From Ascoidea asiatica JCM 7603 (Eukaryota; Fungi; Ascomycota), in contig BCKQ01000002.1 in the NCBI GenBank assembly GCA_001600695.1, positions 577,183 through 641,182 on the forward strand: 64,000 nt of DNA. Direction: 5' to 3'. The number at the start of each line of letters is the position of its first letter. Positions within the stretch are counted from its first letter, which is position 1. The notes under the pieces are model-generated. The model saw nothing but the letters and a program-made list of their open reading frames with translations. It was not told where the DNA came from and did not search any database. A program made the translations under genes and the position numbers. Shown here piece after piece: positions 34,711-46,000 of the stretch.

Positions 34711-35553
34711 ATGGTTGAAATTTCCTCTGCCAGTTTAAATCAAAAAGATATTATTAATGATAATAAATCAATCAAGAAAAATAAAAAATATGAGTCTGAT
34801 GAAGAATCAAATTTCACAGTTACTGATTTTTTTCAAATTCTTGGAAGTGTTTTATTTTTTAATACTATATTATCATTATTATTTACTTCTTCTATAACTT
34901 GGGGTTATCATGGTCATTATTTGAATCCAAAATTTTATGAGTTCAAATTGAAACATTTTAATTCATATTTAAATTTAACAGATACTCAATTATCTGTATA
35001 TGATGGAAATGATTCAAAAAAACCATTATATATTTCAATTGATGATACAATTTTTGATGTCAGCGCTTCTCGTAGAATATATGGTCCTTTAGGTTCATAC
35101 CATGCTATGGCTGGAAAGGATACAACAAGAGTTTTTTTAACTGGATGTTTAGGTAAAAAAGACGAATATACCTATGATTTAAGAGGTATCAGTGATGAAG
35201 AAATTAAAGAAAAATGGATAAATGTTGAACAATGGAAAACATTTTTTGAAAATAATGAAAAATATTGGAAAATTGGTTATGTTATTCATGATGAATTATT
35301 AAATAATGAACCGCCATCACTTTGTAAAGTAGGATTAGAAATCCCAGAAAATGTAATCCACAAAAATCATGCTGATGTGAATAATGGAAATGAAAACAAT
35401 CATCATTTGAATCATCAAAGTCACCATCAAAACTCGCATCAACATAATCCTCATGAAAAACATTCTCATAAAGATCATCCTCATGAGAAACTTCCTTATA
35501 AAGATCATCATGCTCACCATCATCATCAAGAAAATAATCATGATGACCTCTAG
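34711..35553 (+). CDS. Membrane-anchored cytochrome b5-like heme/steroid-binding (MAPR) protein with His-rich tail
   Basis: N-terminal TM, LSVYDGND..PLYISIDDTIFDVS..YGPLGSYHAMAGKDTTR; tail with about 21 His, ending HDDL. Confidence 0.85.
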   Translation: MVEISSASLNQKDIINDNKSIKKNKKYESDEESNFTVTDFFQILGSVLFFNTILSLLFTSSITWGYHGHYLNPKFYEFKLKHFNSYLNLTDTQLSVYDGNDSKKPLYISIDDTIFDVSASRRIYGPLGSYHAMAGKDTTRVFLTGCLGKKDEYTYDLRGISDEEIKEKWINVEQWKTFFENNEKYWKIGYVIHDELLNNEPPSLCKVGLEIPENVIHKNHADVNNGNENNHHLNHQSHHQNSHQHNPHEKHSHKDHPHEKLPYKDHHAHHHHQENNHDDL

Positions 35554-35868
35554 TTTGATAATAAATTAAAGAGATTATAATGGATGGTTTACATAAGGTT
35601 TTATGCTTACAACGAAATGGTAACTTTAATTAAAAGAAATAGGTTAATTTTTACATCGTTTATATTATGTGACTTTTTTATTTTGATATACTGTATATAT
35701 ATATTTAATTACAGTGTATATATTTATATATTAAAAACTAATTAAAAAGACAATTTTAACTAAATAGAGCAGAATAAAAAAAAAAAAACGCATCAAATGA
35801 AGAAGAATATTGTAGTTTCAACAAAAAGTAGGTTTTTTATATATATATATGTATATTTTTTATGTCCT

Positions 35869-37320
35869 CTATAGAGACAACAAATCAAAATCATTATTAT
35901 TATTATTAGACGTATTTGTGGTTGTGGTATTATTATTGTAGCTATTGGTATTGTTAGCTTTTTTGTTATTATTACTATTATTATTATTATTCATTGGAGG
36001 AGTGTTTACAAAATCTTCAAAACCAGAATATGCAGATTGATCTTGAGATAATCTATTTGATTTTTGTTGAGTTGAAGGAGTAAAAGTTTTTGATTTTGCA
36101 GAAGAAAATAAAGAACTGAAAGCATCATTTTTTGGAGCAGTTGTTGGAGAAGTTAAATTACTTGAAGGTTGTGAAAAAGTATTATTTAAACCATTATTTT
36201 GTTGAATTGTATTTGTAGGAAAAACATTTTGAGTATTTAAACTTGATAAACCAAACTGAGAATTTATTGATGCTTGTGGTTTTGAATATGATTGTTGAGA
36301 ATTTGAAAGAGAAAATAAAACATTAAGATTATTTAAATTTGCAGGTTGATTTTGTTTAATAGTAGATTGATTATTTTGAGATTGAGTTACAGCACTTTGA
36401 AAATCATCAAAATCATCATCATCATCGTCTTCATTTGAAGTTGCTTTTGTTGAAGAAGAATTAAGATTATCATCAATAGAGAAAAGATCAGGTTGACGAG
36501 TTTTAGTAGAATTTGATTTTTTTGTTGAAGATTTTCTTATAAGATGATTGTGAGTTGAGTTTGAATTTGAGGTTGAAGTTGAAGGAGAATTTGTAGTAGG
36601 AATATTATATTCTTCAAATCTTGAAGCATTTCCAGCAGATCTATTTTCTTCGAATCTAGTTCCAAATACACCACCATCACCATAAACTCTATTTATATCA
36701 GCAACACCAAAAGAATCTGAATTACCAGTTTCTTCATCAAAATCATAAGTTGAATAATTTGAAGTTGAATTATTATGAAAATTATTTAAAGAAGGTGCAC
36801 CACCAGCAACACCAGCAAATTTTTTTGAATTATCTCTTGCTTTTTTTCTTTCAGTTCTAATTTTTGATTCATTTGATAATAAATCAAGTAATAATTTAGC
36901 TCTATTACGAACATTTATACCTTGATCTTTACCTTGAGAATCTATATAATGAAAACCTTTTAATAAACTAATTAAAGACATATTTGATCTTGCATCATCA
37001 ACAACTCTTTCAGAACCATTTTTTACAAGATATTCTAATAATTGTAAAGCTTTATAAATTTGTCTCCATTCACTTGCAGTTTTTTCAGTAAATCTTCTAA
37101 AAATCATTCCACAAATTTCTTCTCTTTCACGATAATTATAAGTACCTTGAGAAATATATTGCATTAAAGATGAAGAAGCACCCCAAGGTTCATTATTTGT
37201 TGCTTCACGAACTTTTGCTTCCATTTCAGTATAATTATAAACAACATTTTGAGCTTTACGAACATAATGTTTAACTTCATATAAGTTTAGATTTTTCATT
37301 TGACCTTTTATTAAATCCAT
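35869..37320 (-). CDS. ENT3: ENTH-domain clathrin adaptor (TGN/endosome)
   Basis: VRKAQNVVYNYTEMEAKVREATNNEPWGASS, EWRQIYKALQLL, DDDFDDFQSA, C-terminal DLLSL. Confidence 0.92.
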   Translation of the reverse strand: MDLIKGQMKNLNLYEVKHYVRKAQNVVYNYTEMEAKVREATNNEPWGASSSLMQYISQGTYNYREREEICGMIFRRFTEKTASEWRQIYKALQLLEYLVKNGSERVVDDARSNMSLISLLKGFHYIDSQGKDQGINVRNRAKLLLDLLSNESKIRTERKKARDNSKKFAGVAGGAPSLNNFHNNSTSNYSTYDFDEETGNSDSFGVADINRVYGDGGVFGTRFEENRSAGNASRFEEYNIPTTNSPSTSTSNSNSTHNHLIRKSSTKKSNSTKTRQPDLFSIDDNLNSSSTKATSNEDDDDDDFDDFQSAVTQSQNNQSTIKQNQPANLNNLNVLFSLSNSQQSYSKPQASINSQFGLSSLNTQNVFPTNTIQQNNGLNNTFSQPSSNLTSPTTAPKNDAFSSLFSSAKSKTFTPSTQQKSNRLSQDQSAYSGFEDFVNTPPMNNNNNSNNNKKANNTNSYNNNTTTTNTSNNNNNDFDLLSL

Positions 37321-37434
37321 CTTTAAAGAAATTATATTATTTGTTTATATCTTAAGTTTTATACAGTATATTAATATTAGTTTTATAAATATATAGAATT
37401 GATTATTTAAATATATATGTTTATTTTATATGAA

Positions 37435-37484
37435 ATATATGATATTTGATATATGATATATGATATATGATATATATATGATAT
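37435..37484. repeat. (TGATATA)n microsatellite upstream of ENT3
   Basis: Direct reading. Confidence 0.8.
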
Positions 37485-37790
37485 GGTAAATATTTGACAG
37501 AATATAAATTGAAATATATTTATTGAATAAAACTAATGAATATGATAAATAAATGGAGATAGGAATTAATGAAATCAAATCTTAGAGACTTTATATGAAT
37601 ATGATTTTTATAAAAATTGAATTAAATTATATAATATGAAATATAATCAATGAACTATGAATTATGAAATATGAGAATGCAATATAAAATATAAAATAGA
37701 AAATATGAAATATAAAGTACTATTAATGAATCAAATAAATAGAATAAGATGCTAATCAAGTAAAATAATTAATGAAATTATCAAAATACC

Positions 37791-37840
37791 AAATATCAAA
37801 TATCAATAACAATATCAAATATCAATATCAATATCAAATA
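37791..37840 (-). repeat. Degenerate (ATATTTG/ATATTG)n repeat upstream of ENT3
   Basis: AAATATC/AATATC units on the + strand. Confidence 0.75.
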
Positions 37841-37989
37841 AGGGTGATAAATTGAAATATTAAAGTAAAATAAAATCCAATGCTAATAATTCCAATGCTG
37901 ATATTGCAAGCAATACGACACTGAAGAGTGGAAAGGCATTTTGATAACATAATTTTAGAATACGTTACTCCTAAATGATGAAGCCTGGC

Positions 37990-38244
37990 CACAGGTCACG
38001 TTCTAGTCACAGGTCACGGGAGTTCCCCATAGTTAATAGCGGTGTTTTGGGGACTTCCGGGCCGCCCGGCTTCTGTGAGGCGAAGATTAACATGAGCCAG
38101 AGCTACGTGAGTAAACTTTGACACCGAAGCACGTGATTGCAATAAAAAATAAACTGTCTATAACTGCACTTTGAGGCACAAGGTAAAAAAAAAATTAAAA
38201 ATCTGTCGCCAGAACAATGGATATACTTTTAAAATACACGTGAC
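37990..38244. promoter_or_regulatory. GC-rich divergent promoter island: CACAGGTCACG x2, palindrome CCGGGCCGCCCGG, two Cbf1 sites
   Basis: Direct repeat at 37990 and 38008; palindrome 38057-38069; CACGTGAT 38130; CACGTGAC 38237. Confidence 0.55.
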
Positions 38245-38534
38245 TACGTTTATTTGACCCTCATCTACTCTTAACGTTAACTACTACGTAAATTTTCAAT
38301 TGTTTTTTTCATTTGTTTTTCTCTCAAGAGTTTATTGGTTCGAGAGAAATACTGGAGGAGAATTATTTCATTAGAGTTATGATAATTGTAATTTCAATTA
38401 TAACTTTGATAAATATTATTTCATCTGATTCCAATTTAATTATATATTTTATATTATTGAATAATTAACAACATCAATTATATCCCAATCATATGGTTTA
38501 AGCCAAATGAGATTTTATTTAATGATATGATGGA

Positions 38535-41500
38535 ATGTTTAAAGCGAATAAGAAGAAAGTTCGATCTGCAAATTTAAATTCATTTCTTCAATTTCAATTT
38601 AATGATTTTTTAAAAATTTATAAAATTGATTCAAATTCTTTAAAGAATTGGAATTCTTCACAAGTTGTAGATTCCTTATTTCATAATCAAAATCAAAGTC
38701 AAGTTGGAAATCAACCGCCGAAAGAAGAATTGAATCAGAAACAGAAAATAAAACAAAGGCAAAGACAGAGACAAAAACAAAGACAGAAATTATCAAAATA
38801 TTCATTTCTAAATATATTCTCAAATAAATATTTAAATCCTTCTTCTTTTTCTTTTACAATTGATCAAAGAGATTTTCTTTTTAATCAATTCAAGCAAAAA
38901 ATAAATGATTCAAAAAAATTTAATTTAAAATCTTCAAATACTTCAAATACATCAATTCAATCCAAAAATATTCGTGCCTTGAAACATTTATCTATATTCA
39001 ATAATAAAAGTATAGAAAATGAGTTCATAAATGAATTTACAAAATCTGAGGAATCTATATTACCATTCAATTTATCAAGAGATCTCTTGAAAATTCCAAT
39101 ATTTCATTTAGAAGATATTAATAAAATTGAATTAATTTGGAATAAATTTATTATTAACGATTGTGATTTTATTGAATTATATAATTATTTATCTTCTTCA
39201 AATGTAAATTTTATTTTTTTTAAAAAATTTATCTTAATTTCAATTAAATTAGGTATAAATGATATTTCAATTTTGAATTTCCTAATAACTTTAGTTAAAA
39301 AATTTTATCTATCCAATAGTAATTCAAATTCAAACTTAAACTCAGAAGTTTTATTACAAAAAAATGAAAATTTATTAAAACTAAATTATATTAATAAAAA
39401 TTTTTATAATTTAATAATCTCAAATTTATTTATATTCTTAAAACCTGAATTAATTTTAAATATTCATAATATTTTATATCCTTTGGTCTTAAAATCTTTT
39501 ATAAATTGGAATTTAATTATAAAATCAGCTTTATTCAATGATGAAAATAAATTTCCTTTATTTCATAAAAAAGATCATAAAAAAATAAATTCTTCAATTT
39601 ATAAAAATACATTTGAAAATGCTTTTGAAAATACTTCTGATAATATTTATGATAATATTTATAATAATTTCAATTCTGATATAATTTCAAATTTCTTTAA
39701 TAAAAAACCTTCAATTATTAATACTAATGATAATATTCATAAACAATCTTCTTTTTTAAATTTCTTTCATGCAAATAAAAATTCAACAAATAATGATATA
39801 AATGACACTAATAATAATAATAATAATAATACAGACAATAATCAATCCTTAGCTAATCCTCAATCTTTAAAAGTCTTATTTCTTTTATATAATTCTTTAT
39901 CCTCAAACAATTTTTCAAGTAACTTATCAAATGGTTTCTTTGATTCTTTAATTCCAATGTTAATTGAAAATTCAACTATTTCAAATTTATTTAATGATTC
40001 AATTTTAAACTATTCCGTTTATTTATTATCAAAAGGTGATTTACCTTCTTCAAGTTTAATATTAGATGATCTTATAAAAATTTTGTATCTTAAAAATCAA
40101 AATTCAAATCAAAATTCAAAAGAAATCAAATCAAATGACTATAATTATAATCTTAAAGAGTATAAATTTTTAAATGATACTTTTTTTAATCTTTTATTTA
40201 AAAATAAAAATTCCTTGAAAATCATAATTTCTTCTAAAGATTTTAATTTTCCAAATGATAATAACAAATATTTCAAAAATAATAAAGAAATTATAGATTT
40301 TTACTTAGATAATATTTGGCTAAAAAAATCAACATTATCAATGATTCTTTCAATTATTAATAATTCTTCAAATCCAATTAAAAATTTTCATTCTTTATTA
40401 AATTATCTATCTTTAAATCCATTTTTTGTTTTCAACTATTTAAATAATAATTTAGAATTTTGGTCAAAAGTTTATAGAAATTGTTATAATATTCCTATAA
40501 ATGAATTAGATCTATTATTTAATGGGTATTGCTCTAAATTTTTTTTTAAATTGAATTCAAAAGAAATATCTTCATTGAAATATAAAAAACAATCTTATTT
40601 AATATTTTATGAATTAAGATTATCTAGATTATTAAGTAAATTAAATCTTATAAATAATAGTACTGTTAATAATCACATTGATAATAATAATGATAAAAAG
40701 TTAATTATATCTAAAATATTGTCCATCATCAAAGAAATTACTAGTCTTTATCCAATTGATAATATAATTTTGAAAATCAATGAAATTTTAAATGGTAATT
40801 ATAATTCTTGTAATCCAATATTAATTCTATCTCCAAAATTAATTGGTGTATTAATGAAAATCGGAACAATAAATGATTTTAATAACTCTTTTGATATTGA
40901 AACTAAAAAATTACATGATGAAACTTTTAAAATATCTATGATATTAATTGTAGAATTTTGTAAAATTCTTAAAGGTTTAAAAATTAAAAATGAATCAAAT
41001 CATAAAATTAAAAAAATAAGGGCTTTGATTATTTCATATTTAGAAGAAATTTATAAAAATTATTTTTATGGAATTTCTTCACTTGAAAATAAAAAGAATG
41101 AAATTAAAATTAAACTTAACATTAAAAACTTGAATTATTCAGTTAATAACATATCTTATTTAAGTGAGAAAAATTTTAGTGAAATTTTTAAAAAAAATGA
41201 TATGAATAAATCTAATTTAAAAAAATTAACTTTACTAAAAAAAATATTTGATTCAAAAATAAATAATGCTGCTGTAATGATTAAGGTTTTGAAAAATCTT
41301 TTGGAAGAAAATTATATTACAAATAATGAATTTGATCAATTTCGAGGTTTAATGGCTTATTATTATACTAAAGTTTATGATCTCAAAAGTATCCAACAAT
41401 TATTAGCAAAAGACATATCTAAAGATTATTCTAAAGATATTAATAATAAATCAAATGAAATATCTTTGAAAATACTATATCCTCTATTTACTAATTTAAG

Positions 41501-42284
41501 TTATAATTTTAAAAAAGTTGAAGATATATCGAATGAAACTGAAGAAACTGATACTTTTCAATATAATAATTCTTTTTTAATTGATCTTTTGGATACTATT
41601 TTACCTTATTTAGCTAATAATAAAAGTGATAAAAGACTAATAATCAATTTATGGAAAAAAATATTCACTAAATTTTGTTATTCTTGTTCAAATTTCTCAT
41701 CAATTGAGATTTTTACATTTTGGCTTATAAAATTTTTAAAATCAAACAATAATGATAAAGACAATTACATTTTTGAAAATCTATTCAATGATATTGAAAT
41801 CATTCATTTAATTGTTCTTTTAGGAATTAAAAAACAACCAAATTATCCTTTTGTCGGTCTTCATCTATTATTAAAATTAAATAATAAAAAAATTATCGAA
41901 TTTGAATTTTTGAAAAAAAGTGGAATGACTAAAAGAAGGGTTATAAATGTTTTGAAGCATTCAACAACTTTAAATTTGAAAAAATTATATCTTTCCAATA
42001 AAGATCTTGACCAAAAAAACGGGTCAGTTATTCAAGCTCTTAGAATTAAAAAACTCAATGAAGATAATAAAACTTTACAACTAATAAATGAAAAAAAGGA
42101 TCAGGAACTTTCTGACGCTGGAGTGAATGAAAATAATAAAAAAGATATTTTAATCTTACCAGAACTTCGAAATACAATGCTAAATAATCATGTTGATTAT
42201 CGAGAGATATATAATTTTGGGATTTTCGATTTAGACAATTCTTTGAAAGAATTTAATAGCCTTGGTAAAGAATTTTTCGATTAA
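38535..42284 (+). CDS. Large Asn/Ile/Lys-rich protein of unknown function, possibly a helical-repeat (PPR-like) mitochondrial protein
   Basis: 1249-aa uninterrupted ORF in extremely AT-rich DNA cannot be chance; basic N-terminus; amphipathic helices; function is a guess. Confidence 0.7.
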   Translation: MFKANKKKVRSANLNSFLQFQFNDFLKIYKIDSNSLKNWNSSQVVDSLFHNQNQSQVGNQPPKEELNQKQKIKQRQRQRQKQRQKLSKYSFLNIFSNKYLNPSSFSFTIDQRDFLFNQFKQKINDSKKFNLKSSNTSNTSIQSKNIRALKHLSIFNNKSIENEFINEFTKSEESILPFNLSRDLLKIPIFHLEDINKIELIWNKFIINDCDFIELYNYLSSSNVNFIFFKKFILISIKLGINDISILNFLITLVKKFYLSNSNSNSNLNSEVLLQKNENLLKLNYINKNFYNLIISNLFIFLKPELILNIHNILYPLVLKSFINWNLIIKSALFNDENKFPLFHKKDHKKINSSIYKNTFENAFENTSDNIYDNIYNNFNSDIISNFFNKKPSIINTNDNIHKQSSFLNFFHANKNSTNNDINDTNNNNNNNTDNNQSLANPQSLKVLFLLYNSLSSNNFSSNLSNGFFDSLIPMLIENSTISNLFNDSILNYSVYLLSKGDLPSSSLILDDLIKILYLKNQNSNQNSKEIKSNDYNYNLKEYKFLNDTFFNLLFKNKNSLKIIISSKDFNFPNDNNKYFKNNKEIIDFYLDNIWLKKSTLSMILSIINNSSNPIKNFHSLLNYLSLNPFFVFNYLNNNLEFWSKVYRNCYNIPINELDLLFNGYCSKFFFKLNSKEISSLKYKKQSYLIFYELRLSRLLSKLNLINNSTVNNHIDNNNDKKLIISKILSIIKEITSLYPIDNIILKINEILNGNYNSCNPILILSPKLIGVLMKIGTINDFNNSFDIETKKLHDETFKISMILIVEFCKILKGLKIKNESNHKIKKIRALIISYLEEIYKNYFYGISSLENKKNEIKIKLNIKNLNYSVNNISYLSEKNFSEIFKKNDMNKSNLKKLTLLKKIFDSKINNAAVMIKVLKNLLEENYITNNEFDQFRGLMAYYYTKVYDLKSIQQLLAKDISKDYSKDINNKSNEISLKILYPLFTNLSYNFKKVEDISNETEETDTFQYNNSFLIDLLDTILPYLANNKSDKRLIINLWKKIFTKFCYSCSNFSSIEIFTFWLIKFLKSNNNDKDNYIFENLFNDIEIIHLIVLLGIKKQPNYPFVGLHLLLKLNNKKIIEFEFLKKSGMTKRRVINVLKHSTTLNLKKLYLSNKDLDQKNGSVIQALRIKKLNEDNKTLQLINEKKDQELSDAGVNENNKKDILILPELRNTMLNNHVDYREIYNFGIFDLDNSLKEFNSLGKEFFD

Positions 42285-43018
42285 AAACAACTTATAGCAT
42301 ATTTTTTTTCTTTACATTTTTTCTGTATATATTCTTTTGTACATTTCTTTATTTTTACAATTTTTTTTGAGCATCATTACTTAGTTAGTTAGATTTTTTT
42401 TTTTCATGAATTTTTTTATATTTTTGCATGTCAATTAAATTACAGTAGTTAAAAAGTATTGAAATTACACGCTTATAAATCAGCCGTGTATTTTTGGTCC
42501 CGTAAAGGGCGAATGTATATTTTGTTCCGAAATTCATCTCTTTTGTGTTCCTAAAGAAAAAAAAAATAAGAAATGAAGGATCTCTTGGTTCAAAGACACT
42601 CGTTTCCAATTCATTACTATTCAATGGAAAAGATGGATTCAGGCTGTAGCTTTATATTTCACTCCATAGAAGAAACTCTTTCATACTCTACAATTCATAC
42701 GGCAAATGCTGTCTTTATACTAAGATAACTTTTTTTTTCAATCCTAATCAGCGCTTAAGTGTGCAAATATTGATATAATCTTTCTGGATTTAAGAAATCA
42801 ATGTTAATATTCTGTTTTCTTATAACCATCATTATTAATCCTTATAATTATTGTTATTATCAAAAATCCAAATATAATAAAGTCTAATTTTATTCAAACT
42901 TGTTTTCTCAATCAATAACTTTATCTCGATTAATAGAAAAGCAAAAAAAAAAAGGTTTCTATCAAAACTATATTTTTTTCAAAACTTTTTAGTCGGTCTA
43001 TAGAATCTTTACTCTTCA

Positions 43019-46000
43019 ATGAAGACTGGTTCAAAATCCTCTTCTGGAGTTTCTTTCGAGCCGGGATATAATACTAATTTTTTTGAAGCCGAAGACTCTG
43101 GCTCCCAGGATACAGAATATGTTGATAGTCCAGATCAAGATATTAAATCGGAGAAATCAAATCAAGAAGATTCATCAAGTGATCAAAAAACTATCAATGC
43201 AAAACCTCCGTCTTGTAAGACTCACTTTCCTTTAAATTAGCTCTTTTTTGGTTGGATAATTTTGGCAACCTTTATTTCAATTATTTTTCTGTTTTTTGTC
43301 ATATATGAACTTTTTACTAATTTATTTCCATTGTAGCCGCTGGTAATAGCATATTAGAATATACATCAACAGCGCTAACTGATAGAACGGCGATGCCATT
43401 TAGTGCTTTTAAAACACCAAATGTAACATCAGGAAGGTGGAGAGATATAAATAGAATAGCTGAGATTTATGGAGGTAAAACTTGTGAAAATGATGATGAA
43501 ATAAATCAATTCTCCGAAAAAGGTGTTTATGATACGTTTGAAAATTATCATGATCCTTATCCTTCATGGGGTAATTCTGAAGAAATACCAATATCTAGAA
43601 ATGAAATTGAAAAAATATTTTCAACTATGGCTGAAATTTTCGGTTTTCAAGAAGATAATACAAAAAACATGTATGATCATTTATTAAGACTTCTAGATTC
43701 TAGAGCATCTAGAATGGATCCTGCTTTAGCTTTACAATCTTTACATGCCGATTATATTGGTGGCGTTAACTCAAATTTCAGAAAATGGTATTTTGCTGCG
43801 CAATTAGATATTGATGATACAATTGGATTTCAGAATACTAATTCAGATGGTTTATTAAAAAAACAATTTCTTCATCAAATCGAGGAAAATGATTCTACCA
43901 ATTTTACTCTTGAACAATCTCAAAAAAATTGGTCCATAAATATGAAACAATTATCTGCTAATGATTATATTATTCAATTATCATTATATCTACTATGTTG
44001 GGGAGAAGCAAATAATATTAGATTTATGCCTGAGTGTCTTTGTTTCATTTTTAAATGTTGTAATGATTATTATTATTCTTTAGATCTTTCAGTTCCACCT
44101 CCAAAACCCTCAGTTCCATTTCTTGATCATGCTATTACTCCTCTTTATAATTTTTATAGAGATCAAGCTTATGAATTGAATAATGGAAAATATGTACATT
44201 GTGATAAAGATCATGGAAAAATCATTGGTTATGATGATATAAATCAATTATTTTGGTACAGAAAAGGTCTTCAACGAATATTTTTAAAAAATAAATCAAA
44301 GCTAATGGAATTTAAATCTCATGAAAGATACTTACTACTTCCTGAGGTTAATTGGAAAAAAGCCTTTTATAAAACTTATAAAGAAACAAGAACTTGGTTT
44401 CATGTTTTAACAAATTTTAATAGAATTTGGATTATTCATGTTTCAGTCTATTGGTTTTATACTTCTCTCAATTCTCCTACATTATATACTAAAGGTTACC
44501 AGCAACAACTCAATAATCATCCATTAACACAAGTGAAATTGACGGTTATGTCACTAGCTGGGGTATGGGCATGTTTAATAAATTTGATAGCTATTATTTG
44601 TGAATATAGTTTTGTTCCACGAAAATGGCCTGGTGCAGAACCAATAATTGGAAGATTTATTTTTCTCTTTGCTCTTTTTTCTTTAAATCTTGCACCTACT
44701 ATTTTCATTCTTAGATTTATTCCTCTACATCGTCCCTCAGATATTGCTTTTGGGATATCAATTGCCCAATTTCTCGTCTCTATTTTTACTGTCTTATTTC
44801 TTTCTGTTATTCCTTTAGGATCTTTACTAGGTTCTTATCGTAGCAAACCAAAAAGAAGATATTGGCCTAATAAGGTTTTTACAGCTTCTGTTCATAAACT
44901 TCATGGAAAATCTGCTTTATCATCATATGGTTTATGGATTGCAGTATTTTTAGCTAAATTTTTGGAATCTTATTTTTTTATGACCCTATCACTAAGAGAT
45001 CCAATCAGAGAGTTAAGTATAATGAAAATGACCGGATGTGTTGGAGATGTTTATTTTGGTAAAAAGCTTTGCATGTATCAGCCATATATTGTCATTGCTT
45101 TAATGTTTTTGACAGATTTGGTATTATTTTTTCTTGATACTTATCTTTGGTATATAATTTGGAACACTTTATTTTCTGTATGTCGTTCATTTTATATTGG
45201 TGTATCCATTTGGACTCCTTGGCGAAATATTTTTTCAAGATTACCAAAAAGAATATTTTCCAAAATTATTGCAACTGATGATCGAAATATAAAGCCAAAA
45301 GTTTTAGTTTCCCAAGTATGGAACTCTATAGTAATTTCAATGTATAGAGAACATCTCTTATCATTGGAACATGTGCAAAAATTAATATATCAACAGGTTG
45401 TAACACCAGGTGCTGAAAATGGAAACGTTTTAAAAGAACCAATCTTTTTTGTTTCTCAAGAAGATAAATCAGTCAAATCTTCATTATTTGATGCACATAA
45501 TGAAGGTCAAAGGCGTATTACTTTTTTTGCCCAATCTCTCTCAACACCAATGCGAGAGCCATGTTCTACAGATTCTATGCCAACTTTCACGGTATTAGTT
45601 CCTCATTATTCTGAGAAAATCACTTTGACTTTAAGAGAAATTATAAGAGAAGAAGATCAATATTCTCACGTAACACTTTTAGAATATTTAAAGCAGCTTC
45701 ACCCCTTAGAATGGTCTTGTTTTGTTAGGGATACTAAAATGTTGGCTGAAGAAATTGGTGATCATAGTGCTGATGAAGCAAGTACTGCCAAACAAATTTA
45801 TGACGATTTACCTTATTATTGTGTTGGTTTTAAGTCAGCAACTCCAGAATATATTTTAAGAACCCGGATTTGGGCTTCTTTAAGATCACAAACATTATAT
45901 CGCACGATTTCAGGTTTTATGAACTACTCTAGAGCAATAAAGCTTCTATATGATGTTGAAAATCCAAATTTAGAGGAATTCAATAATGATGAAAGACTCA

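Noticed and set aside
37330-38244. Point centromere (CDEI-like sites near very AT-rich DNA)
   Set aside because: No CDEIII consensus at suitable spacing; CACGTG sites recur in several ordinary promoters
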